Shown piece after piece: positions 39,687 to 49,903 of a DNA stretch of 64,000 bases. This stretch comes from Dehalococcoidia bacterium. Its GTDB lineage: Bacteria; Chloroflexota; Dehalococcoidia; Lucifugimonadales; QGNO01. The notes under the pieces are model-generated. The model did no database searches. It was not told where the DNA came from and saw only the letters and a list, made by a program, of their open reading frames with translations. Numbering within the stretch: position 1 is the first letter of the stretch; each line of letters begins with the position of its first letter. The translations under genes and the position numbers were made by a program. Where the stretch lies: the NCBI GenBank assembly GCA_034422935.1, contig DAOUJH010000010.1, positions 118,820-182,819 of the forward strand. Reading direction: 5' to 3'.

Positions 39687-40054
39687 TAGAGCACCTCCGG
39701 CGCCAGGGAAACTATCCGCATGTACTCTTTGTCCCGCAGCTCCCTAGCCACCGGGCCGAAGATGCGAGTCCCCCTGGGCAAGAGCTGATCCGTGAGAACC
39801 ACGGCTGCATTATCATCAAAACGGATATGCGAGCCGTCGGGACGCCGGTAGGCATGAGACGTCCTAACCACCACCGCTTTGACCACGTCTCCGGATTTCA
39901 CCGGGGCGTTGGGCGTGGCCTCTTTCACGGCGGCGACGATAACGTCACCCACGCGAGCGTAGCGCTTGCCGGTTCCCCCTGGGATATTGATGCACATGAT
40001 CACCCTGGCACCTGAGTTATCGGCTACTGTAAGTCTGGAGTACGTCTGTATCAC
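39686..40054 (-). CDS. rplN: 50S ribosomal protein L14
   Basis: [44 protein letters not shown]. Confidence 0.98.
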   Translation of the reverse strand: MIQTYSRLTVADNSGARVIMCINIPGGTGKRYARVGDVIVAAVKEATPNAPVKSGDVVKAVVVRTSHAYRRPDGSHIRFDDNAAVVLTDQLLPRGTRIFGPVARELRDKEYMRIVSLAPEVL

Positions 40055-40749
40055 GGTCCTTCCTTGCCTTCTCTCTCTTCAAGTGTCCGTTCAGTCTCCT
40101 CTTCCGCAGAGACCTCAGCCTCAGGCTCTTGCCCGGTGGATGGAGCATCCTGGGACGGCGCTTCATCTGCGGAGGTCTCCACGGCTTCAGCAACGTCTCC
40201 CTCAGTTGCCTCTTCTGCGGGGGGCCCCAATTCAGGGCCAGACTCCTCAGTCGCTTCCGACTCAGGCTCCTCAGCCGTTTTCGGTTCAGGTTCTTCAGCC
40301 GCCTCTGGTTCAGACTCCTCAGCCGCTTCCGGTTCAGGCTCTTCAGCCGCTTCCGGTTCAGGCTCTTCAGCCGCTTCCGGTTCGGCTATAACTACCTCTT
40401 CAGCTTGAGGGACGTCGGCCACAGCCACAACAGCCTCCGGCTGGACGATCTCTTCCTCTATTGTCGCGCCTATCTCCTGCGGCGCTATCTCCGGAACCTC
40501 GTGCCGTTCCAGTATCTCGGCTATGCGCCACCGCTTGAGGCGGGACAACGGCTTGGTCTCCACTATTAGCACCCGGTCGCCTATGCGGGCGTCGTTCTGC
40601 TCATCGTGTGCGTGGAACTTGGAGATGCGACGTATGCTCTTCCGATATACGGGATGCCGCTGTCGCCACTGGACGGCTACCACCACGGTCTTGTCCATCT
40701 TATCGCTGATCACTTGGCCAATGCGTCTTTTGCGGTTTGCAACGCTCAT
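40051..40749 (-). CDS. rpsQ: 30S ribosomal protein S17 with ~145-aa acidic C-terminal extension
   Basis: [30 protein letters not shown] core in the first ~85 aa. Confidence 0.95.
   Translation of the reverse strand: MSVANRKRRIGQVISDKMDKTVVVAVQWRQRHPVYRKSIRRISKFHAHDEQNDARIGDRVLIVETKPLSRLKRWRIAEILERHEVPEIAPQEIGATIEEEIVQPEAVVAVADVPQAEEVVIAEPEAAEEPEPEAAEEPEPEAAEESEPEAAEEPEPKTAEEPESEATEESGPELGPPAEEATEGDVAEAVETSADEAPSQDAPSTGQEPEAEVSAEEETERTLEEREGKEGP
40245..40385 (-). repeat. 24-bp tandem repeat (about 6 copies) encoding PEPEAAEE in the S17 tail
   Basis: Plus-strand unit ttcagccgcttccggttcaggctc; protein [48 protein letters not shown]. Confidence 0.92.
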
Positions 40750-40949
40750 TTTGCCTGCTCCAACAGTTGACGTTCCCGCAGCACGGTTTTGATTCTAGCT
40801 ATCTTGTTGCGCACCTTCTTTTGTTGCGAAGTATCGCTCAACTGCCGCGTCGATAGCCGGAATCGCACACTCAGCGCCTCTTTGTAAGTCTCTTGCAACT
40901 CTTTCTCCAAGTCTTCCTGGGACAAAGCCCTTACTTCGTAGATACGCAC
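40746..40949 (-). CDS. rpmC: 50S ribosomal protein L29 (start set at GTG 40949)
   Basis: VRIYEVRALS.EDL..EL, RF..STRQL.DT.....VR..IARIKTVL.ER. Confidence 0.92.
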   Translation of the reverse strand: MRIYEVRALSQEDLEKELQETYKEALSVRFRLSTRQLSDTSQQKKVRNKIARIKTVLRERQLLEQAK

Positions 40950-40951
40950 GG

Positions 40952-41389
40952 TTACTCTCCCGCTCCGGCGGCGACGTGAGCGTCTTGCCGGGCAATGATG
41001 CGGACGTCTATGGGCATCTTGTGAGAAGCCAGGCGCAGAGCCTCTTTTGCCGTATCCTCCGGTACACCGGAGATTTCGTAGAGGATTCTGCCCGGCTTGA
41101 CTACGACAACCCACTGGTCAACGGGGCCCTTGCCCGATCCCTGCCGGGTTTCCGCAGGTTTCTTGGTAATGGGCTTGTCCGGAAAGACCCGGATCCAGAT
41201 GTTACCGCCTCTGCGCACATGACGCGTAATGGCTCGGCGGCCCGCCTCTATCTGGCGCGCCGTTATCCAGGCCGGCTCCATTGCTTTCATGGCAAAATCG
41301 CCAAAGAGAACCTGATTACCGGCATGAGCTGCCCCACGCATGCGCCCGCGGTGCGTCTTGCGGAACTTAACTCTCTTCGGCTGCAACAT
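40952..41389 (-). CDS. rplP: 50S ribosomal protein L16
   Basis: [35 protein letters not shown]. Confidence 0.98.
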   Translation of the reverse strand: MLQPKRVKFRKTHRGRMRGAAHAGNQVLFGDFAMKAMEPAWITARQIEAGRRAITRHVRRGGNIWIRVFPDKPITKKPAETRQGSGKGPVDQWVVVVKPGRILYEISGVPEDTAKEALRLASHKMPIDVRIIARQDAHVAAGAGE

Positions 41390-42188
41390 CCTGCGCCTCC
41401 GTATCCTTCACTGAATCATCCTGAACATCGCTGGCAGATGCAATCCTCCTGCTGCCAGAGGCCAGCGCCTCATCAACGCCATCTCTCTCTGAATCGGTAT
41501 CTCCGGCCTGCAGAGTCACCTCTATTGTGCCCAGCTCCTCTACCTCTTCCTGCTGCTGCGCCAGGATGTCACCCTTGTACAACCAGACCTTGATGCCTAT
41601 CCTGCCCATGGTTGTGGCAGCTTCGGCCAACCCGTAATCTATATCGGCGCGCAGCGTGTGCAGGGGGACGCGTCCCTCCATGGCTTTCTCTTTCCGAGCT
41701 ATCTCGTTGCCTCCCAACCGGCCAGAGGAGACAATCTTGATACCTTGAGCGCCAGCCTGCATGGCCCTGGATAAAGCCTGTCGCATGGCGCGGCGGAAAG
41801 CCACCCTGCGCTCAAGCTGGTCGGCGATGTTCCTAGCCACCAGATAGGCGTTCAACTCCGGCTGACGGATCTCTTGAACGTTGACCCTGGCGCGTTTGCC
41901 GGTGATCCTCTCTATGTCTCTCCGCAGCTCTTCTATGCGCTGGCCGCCGCGCCCGATAACGATGCCGGGACGCGAGGTGTGCATGGTAATCACCAAGTCA
42001 TTGCTGGGGCGCTCTATGTTTACCAGAGCTATACCGGCGTCCACGTATGTCTTGTTGATGTGCTTTCTGATCTTCAGGTCCTCCTGAAGGAGGTCCCTGT
42101 AGGTCTCGCTCTTGGCAGCAAACCACTTGGCGTCCCAGTCCTTGATGATGCCAAGTCGAAAGCCTATGGGATGGGTCTTCTGGCCCAA
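41367..42188 (-). CDS. rpsC: 30S ribosomal protein S3 with acidic C-terminal extension
   Basis: [48 protein letters not shown]. Confidence 0.98.
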   Translation of the reverse strand: MGQKTHPIGFRLGIIKDWDAKWFAAKSETYRDLLQEDLKIRKHINKTYVDAGIALVNIERPSNDLVITMHTSRPGIVIGRGGQRIEELRRDIERITGKRARVNVQEIRQPELNAYLVARNIADQLERRVAFRRAMRQALSRAMQAGAQGIKIVSSGRLGGNEIARKEKAMEGRVPLHTLRADIDYGLAEAATTMGRIGIKVWLYKGDILAQQQEEVEELGTIEVTLQAGDTDSERDGVDEALASGSRRIASASDVQDDSVKDTEAQDVAAEES

Positions 42189-42524
42189 TTAAACCTCCTC
42201 ATCCACCACAACGGTGATATGGCTGGAGCGCTTGCTTATGCGCCCGGCACGTCCCCGCGCCGAAGCCCTGAAACGCTTCAGGGACGGGGCTTGGTTGGCG
42301 TAAACCTGCACCACTCTCAACTCATCGGGCTCAAGCAGTAGATTGTTCTCGGCATTGGCTGCCGCCGACTTCAACACTTTGGCCACCTCTCTTGCAGCAG
42401 GTGTCGGCTGATGATGCAATACGGTAAGTGCTTCATCAACCCTTCTGCCGCGAACCAGGGCCGTCACCCACTTCAGCTTCTTGGCGGATATGCTGATATT
42501 CTTGGCTGTGGCTTGTGCAGGCAT
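42189..42524 (-). CDS. rplV: 50S ribosomal protein L22
   Basis: IS.KKL, K.LKSA.ANAENN, A.GRA..I.KRSSHITV. Confidence 0.96.
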   Translation of the reverse strand: MPAQATAKNISISAKKLKWVTALVRGRRVDEALTVLHHQPTPAAREVAKVLKSAAANAENNLLLEPDELRVVQVYANQAPSLKRFRASARGRAGRISKRSSHITVVVDEEV

Positions 42525-42526
42525 GA

Positions 42527-42811
42527 TTACCTCACCGAACTGGTGCGCTCAGACTTAGAGGAATGACCCCGGAACGTCCGGGTGGGTGCAAACTCTCCCA
42601 GGCGGTGCCCCACCATGTTCTCAGTGACGAAGATGGGCACGTGGCGGCGGCCGTCATGGACGGCAATGGTCAATCCCAACATATCCGGCATGATCATGGA
42701 GGCGCGCGACCAGGTGCGTATTACCGTGCGAGAACCGCTTCTCTGCACCGCCGATACTTTCTTTGCCAGCTTTGGGTGCACGTAAGGCCCCTTTTTTATC
42801 GAGCGTGACAT
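42527..42811 (-). CDS. rpsS: 30S ribosomal protein S19
   Basis: [44 protein letters not shown]. Confidence 0.98.
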   Translation of the reverse strand: MSRSIKKGPYVHPKLAKKVSAVQRSGSRTVIRTWSRASMIMPDMLGLTIAVHDGRRHVPIFVTENMVGHRLGEFAPTRTFRGHSSKSERTSSVR

Positions 42812-42823
42812 AACTTAGCTACG

Positions 42824-43657
42824 CTACCTCCTATTGCCTCTCCTGCGGACTATCATATTATCGGTACGCCTGTTACGGCGTGTCTTGTAGCCCAGTGCGG
42901 GCTTACCCCAAGGCGTCTTGGGCCCGGGCATGCCTATGGATGAGCGGCCTTCGCCGCCTCCGTGGGGATGGTCTCTGGGAGTCATGGCGGAGCCCCGCAC
43001 CGAGGGGCGTCTGCCAAGGTGTCTCTTCTTGCCGGCCTTGCCCAGCTTCACGTTCTTGTTGTCCGAATTTCCCACCTCACCCACCGTAGCCATGGACCGG
43101 CTGAGTATGCGTCTAACCTCGCCCGATGGCAGCCTGATGAGCGTGTAGTTGGTCTCCTTGGCCAGCACCTGCGCCGACAGCCCAGCGCTGCGCACTATCT
43201 TGCCGCCCATGCCGGGTTGCATCTCTATGTTATGCACCTGAGTACCTGTGGGTATATGGCTCAGGGGAAGAGCGTTGCCAACCTTGATCTCGGCGTCGGG
43301 GCCGGCTTCAACGCGATCACCCACCTTCAACTTCTCGGGATGAAGTATGTAGCGCTTCTCCCCGTCCGCGTAGTGGATGAGGGCAATCCTTGCCGAGCGG
43401 TTGGGGTCGTACTCAATGGTCGCCACTTTGCCGGGCACTCCCAGCTTGTCCCGCTTGAAGTCTACGATGCGATAAGACCTTTTGGCGCCGCCGCCACGAC
43501 GGCGCACCGTGATCTTTCCCCTGGAATTCCTTCCTCCGGAACGCTTCAGCGGGGCAACGAGCGACTTTTCAGGGCGGGAACCGGTCAACTCTTCGAAAGT
43601 GGTGGAAACCGCCCCGCGCCGGGAGGGAGTTGTGGGTCTATATGTCTTCAACGGCAT
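42824..43657 (-). CDS. rplB: 50S ribosomal protein L2
   Basis: [34 protein letters not shown]. Confidence 0.98.
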   Translation of the reverse strand: MPLKTYRPTTPSRRGAVSTTFEELTGSRPEKSLVAPLKRSGGRNSRGKITVRRRGGGAKRSYRIVDFKRDKLGVPGKVATIEYDPNRSARIALIHYADGEKRYILHPEKLKVGDRVEAGPDAEIKVGNALPLSHIPTGTQVHNIEMQPGMGGKIVRSAGLSAQVLAKETNYTLIRLPSGEVRRILSRSMATVGEVGNSDNKNVKLGKAGKKRHLGRRPSVRGSAMTPRDHPHGGGEGRSSIGMPGPKTPWGKPALGYKTRRNRRTDNMIVRRRGNRR

Positions 43658-43660
43658 ATT

Positions 43661-43945
43661 CTACGCTCCCTCGAATATCTCGATCCTATCGCCGGGTTTA
43701 AGGGTCACAATCGCTTTCTTGCGGTCTCGCGTTTGCGTCCAGCGGGGGCCAAAGCGCTTCCTCTTGCCCCTGTTCTTCACAATGTTCACCTGGAGCACGT
43801 CCACGTTGTAGGCCCGCTTCACCGCCTCTTTTACCATTATCTTATTGGCTCTGGGCGTAATCTCGAACACGTACTTGTTACGCTCCTGGAGCACGGTGCT
43901 TTTCTCAGTGACTATGGGACGCAGCAGGATGTTGAGCTGTTCCAT
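43661..43945 (-). CDS. rplW: 50S ribosomal protein L23
   Basis: P.VTEKS, ANK..VK.AV, KKAIVTLK.G..I. Confidence 0.96.
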   Translation of the reverse strand: MEQLNILLRPIVTEKSTVLQERNKYVFEITPRANKIMVKEAVKRAYNVDVLQVNIVKNRGKRKRFGPRWTQTRDRKKAIVTLKPGDRIEIFEGA

Positions 43946-43947
43946 GG

Positions 43948-44799
43948 CTACGCCTCCTTACGCCTTTCTTCTTCAGGTTCCACCGCCGCTTCAGTTTCCA
44001 CTTCCACCGTTGCTTCAGTTTCTACTTCCACCGCTGCTTCCGGTTCCAGTGCCTCTGTTGCTTCCTGGTCCGCACTTGCCTTGGTTCGACGGCTCCTGCC
44101 GCCACGAGCAGTGGTGGACGAAGCACGCCGACGCGTCCTAGCCTTTGGCTCCATCTCCACTTCAGCGGAGGTTACGCCGCCCGCCCACAGCTCTTCCGCC
44201 CGGTGGACGGCGTCTACTGTCATGATGAGGCGGTCATGCCTCAGCAAATCCAAGACATTGATATTGGAGGCTGGAAGCGTTTTTACTTCCTTGATGTTAC
44301 GGGCAGAGAGGATTACATTGCTGCTGGGTTGATTAGTGACTATCAGGGTGCTTGAAGCTGCGTCCAGCGCCTTCAGTACATTCACCATCTCCTTGGTACG
44401 GGAAGTGGGTAGTTCCATGTTCTGAAGAAGAGTCAGCCTGTTTTCCCTGGCCTTGTCCGAGAGCAGGCAACGAATAGCGAGCCTGCGCATCTTCTTGGGC
44501 ATGCTCTGGCGAAAACTCCGAGGGCTGGGGCCGAACACAATGCCTCCTCCTGCGTATTGGGGAGAACGTATGCTGCCCTGCCTGGCGCGTCCGCTATGCT
44601 TCTGAGGCCTGGGCTTGGCCCCACCACCCGATACCTGGGCCCGCGTCTTGGTGGAGGACGTGCCCTGCCTGGCATTGGCAAGCTGGCGCACCATGGCTTG
44701 GTGCACCACCGACTGGTTGGCTGGAACAGCAAACAAACTATCGCTGACTTCCAGCGTTCCAACCTGGATACCCGCTATGTCCATTACGGGAAGCTTCAC
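43948..44799 (-). CDS. rplD: 50S ribosomal protein L4 with ~75-aa basic-then-acidic tail
   Basis: RQGT.STKTR.QV.GGG.KP..QKH.GRARQGS.RSP, FGP.PR, SARNI. Confidence 0.97.
   Translation of the reverse strand: MKLPVMDIAGIQVGTLEVSDSLFAVPANQSVVHQAMVRQLANARQGTSSTKTRAQVSGGGAKPRPQKHSGRARQGSIRSPQYAGGGIVFGPSPRSFRQSMPKKMRRLAIRCLLSDKARENRLTLLQNMELPTSRTKEMVNVLKALDAASSTLIVTNQPSSNVILSARNIKEVKTLPASNINVLDLLRHDRLIMTVDAVHRAEELWAGGVTSAEVEMEPKARTRRRASSTTARGGRSRRTKASADQEATEALEPEAAVEVETEATVEVETEAAVEPEEERRKEA
43975..44040 (-). repeat. 24-bp repeat (about 3 copies) encoding EAAVEVET in the L4 tail
   Basis: EAAVEVET EATVEVET EAAVEPEE. Confidence 0.8.
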
Positions 44800-45722
44800 T
44801 GTCCCTTCCCTTCCTTTTCTTCGCCTGGCTCCGGCGCCTCCTCCACTTCATCCGATGGCCCTTCTTCAGTCTGATCCGCCACTTCTTCTGCTGTCTCTGG
44901 ACTCGATTCAGAGGCCTCTTCTTGGGTAGATGCCTGGGGCGCCTCCGCTTCCTGCTGCTCGTCGGCGGACTCTTGCTCCTCGGCAGTAGTGTCTGTCACG
45001 GCTTCCGCCTGCTCACTGGCTTCTACAATGGCATCTGGCTCTTCCGGAAGATCCAGCTTTTCAACGGGCCTGCTCCAGATGGGGTCCTGCTTAAGCCGTT
45101 GGACGCCTTCAGTGGTGTGTTGAATGAGCACGAGTTGCCGGTTGGCGCCTGGCACGCTTCCTTTGATGAGCAGAAGATTGCGTTCGACATCCACCTGGAC
45201 CACCTCCACGTTCCGAGCGGTGACGCGGACGGCGCCCATGTGTCCGGCCATGCGTTTGCCCTTGAGCACTCGGCCTGGCGTGGTGCCTGCGCCAATGGAG
45301 CCCGGAGCGCGATGCCTGTCGGACTGTCCGTGAGTCTTGGGCCCGCCGCTGAAGCCATGCCGTTTGATGCCTCCGGCAAAGCCGCGGCCCTTGGTGGTGC
45401 CGGTCACGTTTATGACGTCGCCGGGCTGGAATATAGAGACGTCCACGGTTTGACCTACCTGAACGTAGCTCAGGTCCGCGGGCGGTAGCTCCCTTAGATA
45501 GCGGAAGCTCCCTATCCCTCTCAGGTGTCCCTCTTCGGCCTTGTTCAGCCGGCGCTTTTCTCCGAAGCTGAGCTGCACCGCTTCATAGCCGTCTTTGGCC
45601 ATGGTCTTGACCTGGGTCACCATGCAGGGGCCAGCCTCCAATACCGTCACCGCCTGGGCCGTGCCGTCTTCTCGGAAGATCTGGGTCATGCCTAATTTTT
45701 CGCCTAGTAAACCTATTGGCAT
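44796..45722 (-). CDS. rplC: 50S ribosomal protein L3 with ~100-aa acidic tail
   Basis: GLLG.KLGMTQ.F, KG.GF.G.IKRH.F, HG.S..HRAPGSIG, KG.RM.GHMG, KGSVPG. Confidence 0.97.
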   Translation of the reverse strand: MPIGLLGEKLGMTQIFREDGTAQAVTVLEAGPCMVTQVKTMAKDGYEAVQLSFGEKRRLNKAEEGHLRGIGSFRYLRELPPADLSYVQVGQTVDVSIFQPGDVINVTGTTKGRGFAGGIKRHGFSGGPKTHGQSDRHRAPGSIGAGTTPGRVLKGKRMAGHMGAVRVTARNVEVVQVDVERNLLLIKGSVPGANRQLVLIQHTTEGVQRLKQDPIWSRPVEKLDLPEEPDAIVEASEQAEAVTDTTAEEQESADEQQEAEAPQASTQEEASESSPETAEEVADQTEEGPSDEVEEAPEPGEEKEGKGQ

Positions 45723-45734
45723 CTTCTATTCCAA

Positions 45735-46064
45735 CTACAACTTTATCGATATATCGACACCCGCGGGCATATTCAGCCTCGTCAGCGCGTCGATGGTCCG
45801 GGACGTGGGGCTCAGAATATCAATGAGCCGCTTGTGCGTACGCAGCTCAAAGTGCTCACGGGAGTTCTTGTCGACGTGCGGTGAGCGTATGACGCAGAAC
45901 CGCTTGATGGACGTAGGCAACGGTATGGGCCCAGCCACCTGCGCTCCCGCCCTCTCAGCCGTTTCGACAATGTGCTCCGCCGACTGGTCAAGAAGTCGGT
46001 GGTCGAACGCCTTCAAGACTATTCTTATGCGCTGCCTATGCTGTGTTGGGGCTGAGGTTGTCAT
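45735..46064 (-). CDS. rpsJ: 30S ribosomal protein S10
   Basis: [36 protein letters not shown]. Confidence 0.98.
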   Translation of the reverse strand: MTTSAPTQHRQRIRIVLKAFDHRLLDQSAEHIVETAERAGAQVAGPIPLPTSIKRFCVIRSPHVDKNSREHFELRTHKRLIDILSPTSRTIDALTRLNMPAGVDISIKL

Positions 46065-46089
46065 ATTCTTCCTGCTTTGCCGGACCGCG

Positions 46090-48195
46090 CTACTCGCGGA
46101 CTACCTCCTGTACGATGTTATCAGGCACGCGCTGATAGTGGTCGAACTCCATAGTGTAGCTGGCTCGACCCTGGGTGATGGAACGCAAGTCCGTGGCGTA
46201 GCCGAACATCTCCGCCAGTGGAGTGTAGGCCGATACCATCTGGGTGTCTCCCTGGCCTTCCATGTTGTTTATCTGAGAGCGGCGACTGCTTAGATCGGAG
46301 AGTATCTCACCTAGGAAATCGCCCGGTGTGATCACTTCCACCGACATGACCGGCTCAAGCAGGGCCGAACCGGCGCGTCGCAAAGCCTCACGCATGCCCA
46401 TGCCGCCAGCGACTCTAAACGCCATCTCGGATGAATCGACTTCGTGGTAGGAGCCGTCGACCAGCGTGGCTTTGACGTCTATCACGGGGAAGCCGCCAAC
46501 GATACCGTTCTCCAGGGTGTCTCTGATTCCTTGCCGAACGGCGGGGATGTACTCCCTGGGTATTGTGCCGCCTACTATCTTATCTTCGAAGACGAAGCCG
46601 GTGCCTCGCTCCAGCGGCTCTACTTCCAGCCAGACGTGACCATACTGACCGCGGCCCCCGGTCTGGCGCACGAAGCGGCCCTCAGCCCGTACGGCGGATG
46701 TAATGGCCTCGCGATAGGAGACCCTGGGTTTACCTATGTTGGCCTGAACGCTGAATTCACGTTTCAGCCGCTCCACCAATACCTCCAGGTGCAGCTCGCC
46801 CATCCCGGAGATGACCGTCTGTCCGGTTTCCTGATCAAACCTCATGATGAATGTAGGGTCTTCTTCAGCCAGCTTGACCAGGGCGTCAGTAAGCCTGTCC
46901 TGGTCTGCCTTGCTTCTCGGCTCTATGGCCATCGTGATAACTGGCTGGGGGAAACGGATGGCTTCCAGCAGTACCTGTGAGTTCTCTGCGGCAAGGGTAT
47001 CGCCGGTAAAGGTGTTCTTGAGGCCAACCGTAGCGGCTATGTCACCGGCTTGGAGTTCGCTAACCTCTTCTCTGCGGTCAGCGAACATTTTGAGAATGCG
47101 ACCCATCCGTTCACGCTGGCCTTTGGTGACGTTGTAAACGGTGGAGCCGCTGGCCACTTTGCCGGAGTATACCCGCAGATACACCAAACGACCCGTGTAA
47201 GGGTCTGTAACTACTTTGAAAGCCAGCGCGGAGAACGGTTCATCCGTACTAGGCTCTCTAAGCGTCTCTTCCCCCGTCTTGGGATGAACGCCCGTTACGG
47301 GGGGAACATCCAACGGAGAGGGGAGGTAGTCGACTATTGCGTCCAGCAGAGGCTGAATGCCCTTGTTGCGCAGCGCCGTGCCGCACAAGACGGGCACAAT
47401 GTGGTTCTGTATTGTGGAACGCCGCAGAGCGGAGCGCAGCTCGCTGGCAGATATCTCTTCTCCCTCCAGGTACTTGATGAGAAGGGCTTCATCCGTCTCA
47501 GCCACTTTCTCCATCAGGGCATCTCTATAGTTGAGGTACTCTTCTCGAAACTGCTCCGGGATGGGAGCCTCCTCAGCCAGGATGCTCCCCTCGGAATAGA
47601 TAAGCGCCTTTTCTTCCAGAATATCCACCACGCCCTGAAACTCAGAGTTGCTGCCAATAGGCATCTGTATGGGTACGGGGTTGGCCTTCAGGCGGTGTCG
47701 TATCATATCGATGGCTCTTTGAAAGTTGGCGCCTACGCGGTCCATCTTGTTGATGAAGCAGATACGGGGCACGCGATATCTATCGGCCTGGCGCCATACC
47801 GTCTCTGACTGAGGCTGCACGCCTGCCACGGCATCGAAGACGACCACTCCGCCATCGAGGACGCGGAGACTGCGCTCCACCTCCGCGGTGAAGTCGACGT
47901 GGCCGGGTGTATCTATGACGTTGATGCGGTGCTCTTTCCAAGAGGTGGTGGCAGCAGCGGCCGTGATGGTAATGCCTCGTTCACGCTCCTGGTCCATCCA
48001 GTCCATTACCGCAGTGCCTTCGTCCACGCTTCCCAGCTTGTGGGTCAGCCCGGAAAGGAACAACACCCGCTCAGTGACGGTGGTCTTGCCAGCGTCAATA
48101 TGCGCAATAAACCCTATGTTCCGAATCTCATCCATGGATAGCTGACTCCGAGATCCACAAACCCGTGTAGGGGGATTAAATATACGCGGCTGCAC
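46090..48195 (-). CDS. fusA: Elongation factor G (start uncertain: GTG 48195 or ATG 48135)
   Basis: [58 protein letters not shown]. Confidence 0.97.
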   Translation of the reverse strand: MQPRIFNPPTRVCGSRSQLSMDEIRNIGFIAHIDAGKTTVTERVLFLSGLTHKLGSVDEGTAVMDWMDQERERGITITAAAATTSWKEHRINVIDTPGHVDFTAEVERSLRVLDGGVVVFDAVAGVQPQSETVWRQADRYRVPRICFINKMDRVGANFQRAIDMIRHRLKANPVPIQMPIGSNSEFQGVVDILEEKALIYSEGSILAEEAPIPEQFREEYLNYRDALMEKVAETDEALLIKYLEGEEISASELRSALRRSTIQNHIVPVLCGTALRNKGIQPLLDAIVDYLPSPLDVPPVTGVHPKTGEETLREPSTDEPFSALAFKVVTDPYTGRLVYLRVYSGKVASGSTVYNVTKGQRERMGRILKMFADRREEVSELQAGDIAATVGLKNTFTGDTLAAENSQVLLEAIRFPQPVITMAIEPRSKADQDRLTDALVKLAEEDPTFIMRFDQETGQTVISGMGELHLEVLVERLKREFSVQANIGKPRVSYREAITSAVRAEGRFVRQTGGRGQYGHVWLEVEPLERGTGFVFEDKIVGGTIPREYIPAVRQGIRDTLENGIVGGFPVIDVKATLVDGSYHEVDSSEMAFRVAGGMGMREALRRAGSALLEPVMSVEVITPGDFLGEILSDLSSRRSQINNMEGQGDTQMVSAYTPLAEMFGYATDLRSITQGRASYTMEFDHYQRVPDNIVQEVVRE

Positions 48196-48665
48196 TACCA
48201 GCGATAGTGGACAAAGGCCCGGTTGGCCTCAGCCATACGATGTAAGTCCTCCCGCCGCTTCACTGCCGCTCCCTCACCTCGGGAGGCTTCCAGGAGCTCT
48301 CTATACAATCTTTCAGACATCGGCAACCCGCTGCGAGAGCGCGCCGATGTGATGAGCCAGCGCATGGCTAGCGCTTGACGCCGGTCCGCCCTAACCTCTA
48401 CAGGAACCTGGTAGGTGGCTCCGCCGACGCGGCGTGGTTTTACTTCCAGGGCCGGTGTGGCATTGCGCATGGCCTGCTGGAAAACCTCAAGCCCGGGCCG
48501 GTGCGCTTCTTCTTCCAATCTGGACAGAGCAGAGTAAACAATCCTTTGGGCAACGCTCTTCTTGCCACCAATCATTACGCGGTTGATGAATCGGGCAAGC
48601 TCTTCGCTCCCATACCTGGGATCGGGCATAACCTGCCTGCGCTCTGCTCGCCTTCTTCTGGACAT
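48195..48665 (-). CDS. rpsG: 30S ribosomal protein S7
   Basis: [38 protein letters not shown]. Confidence 0.98.
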   Translation of the reverse strand: MSRRRRAERRQVMPDPRYGSEELARFINRVMIGGKKSVAQRIVYSALSRLEEEAHRPGLEVFQQAMRNATPALEVKPRRVGGATYQVPVEVRADRRQALAMRWLITSARSRSGLPMSERLYRELLEASRGEGAAVKRREDLHRMAEANRAFVHYRW

Positions 48666-48682
48666 AATGACCGCCTGAGTTG

Positions 48683-49093
48683 CTAGCCCTTCTTAGATCC
48701 GTATTTACTGCGGCCTTGCTTGCGGTCCGATACGCCGGTAGAGTCCAGAGCACCGCGAACTATGTGGTAGCGCACTCCGGGGACGTCTCTGACCCTGCCT
48801 CCACGAACCAAGACCACCGAGTGCTCTTGTAGAGTGTGGCCTTCGCCGGGAATATAGGCCGTGACCTCTATTCCGTTGGTGAGACGCACCCGCGCCACCT
48901 TGCGCAACGCGGAGTTTGGCTTCTTGGGAGTTACGGTTTTCACCTGAACGCAAACGCCTCTACGCTGGGGACAACCTGGACCTCTCACGGTACGGTTGCG
49001 CAACGAGTTTTGCACGAACCTTAGCGCAGGCGCTTTGGTGCGCTTGTGCAGATTCTTACGACCCTTGCGTATCAGTTGGTTTACGGTAGGCAT
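48683..49093 (-). CDS. rpsL: 30S ribosomal protein S12 (start set at ATG 49093)
   Basis: [47 protein letters not shown]. Confidence 0.98.
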   Translation of the reverse strand: MPTVNQLIRKGRKNLHKRTKAPALRFVQNSLRNRTVRGPGCPQRRGVCVQVKTVTPKKPNSALRKVARVRLTNGIEVTAYIPGEGHTLQEHSVVLVRGGRVRDVPGVRYHIVRGALDSTGVSDRKQGRSKYGSKKG

Positions 49094-49150
49094 GTGCCTC
49101 TCAGCCCCAAGCATAGATAGTCAAGCCATCACAGATGGCAACAATCGTCT

Positions 49151-49179
49151 ATTCTATCTTGTACGGCTAGCCCTGTCAA
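49151..49179 (-). promoter_or_regulatory. sigma70 promoter of the str/S10/spc/alpha superoperon
   Basis: Minus strand TTGACA-gggctagccgtacaaga(17)-TAGAAT, about 58 nt upstream of the rpsL start. Confidence 0.85.
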
Positions 49180-49514
49180 CCGTCAGCGACTAGGCTAGGT
49201 TAGGCATCTCCTAGCTCTCAACAATGTCCCAATGGCCTCAACCTGGGTATCCAGAACGGCACGCGCCTTGTAGGGTCAGTAGTACTCTCCGAACCCAGCC
49301 CAATCCGGCGCTCGAGGCCTGTCCCCTCTAATTTGGGAGGTAAACCGTGTTAATAGTAAAGAAGACTAGCATCCACACAAACAGTGGTCACGGCCCAAAG
49401 AACGGCAGTGCCTGATCCATTATGCAGGGAAATCAACCCTATAGGGTTACAAAATATCATGAGGATATTAGCTCATAAGTTACGTTAAAGTTACATGTAT
49501 ATGGTATAATCAAG

Positions 49515-49581
49515 CTGAGTGGGGCAGGCGACCCGACACGATCTCGTGGGGTCGAGCAGCCGCCGAGCCCGCCCCACTCAG
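49515..49581. other. GC-rich compound hairpin of unknown function
   Basis: CTGAGTGGGGC/GCCCCACTCAG 11-bp perfect outer stem (14 bp with G-U on the minus strand) enclosing a CGACCC..CACG-ATCT-CGTG..GGGTCG inner hairpin. Confidence 0.55.
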
Positions 49582-49742
49582 AGTTTTATGCTCTAGTAAG
49601 ACGAGAGTATCTGGACGCATCTCTGACCTTGCGTGGCACCTTCAACGGGACAATTGACGCATCCGCAACTCCTCCCTCGTGCAGGTTACACGTCGAAAAC
49701 GTGAACATAGCGAAAGAGAACCAAGGGAGATTCGGAGATTAG

Positions 49743-49819
49743 TGGTGGGCGGTACTGGAGTCGAACCAGTGACCTCCGCGATGTCAACGCGACGCTCTAA
49801 CCAGCTGAGCTAACCGCCC
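49743..49819 (-). tRNA. tRNA-Val (GAC)
   Basis: Reverse complement GGGCGGTTAGCTCAGCTGGTTAGAGCGTCGCGTT-GAC-ATCGCGGAGGTCACTGGTTCGACTCCAGTACCGCCCACCA; 77 nt, TTCGA T-loop, encoded CCA. Confidence 0.97.
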
Positions 49820-49903
49820 CGGCCTTTAGCCTCGCAGTATAGTATTGCGATGCCTGCTTGGCAATGACCATGTCGCCGCTACTACCGTTCGCAATGGGCG
49901 CTC

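Noticed and set aside
42962-44332. 456-aa plus-strand ORF
   Set aside because: Antisense to rplB/rplW/rplD; expected from GC-rich codon bias (few antisense stops); no motifs. The same applies to the many other shadow ORFs in the superoperon.
49515-49581. Calling the hairpin SRP RNA (ffs), 6S RNA or a group II intron end
   Set aside because: Lacks the GNRA tetraloop and 5' asymmetric loop of SRP helix 8, is too short for 6S, and has no domain V; kept only as an unknown structure.
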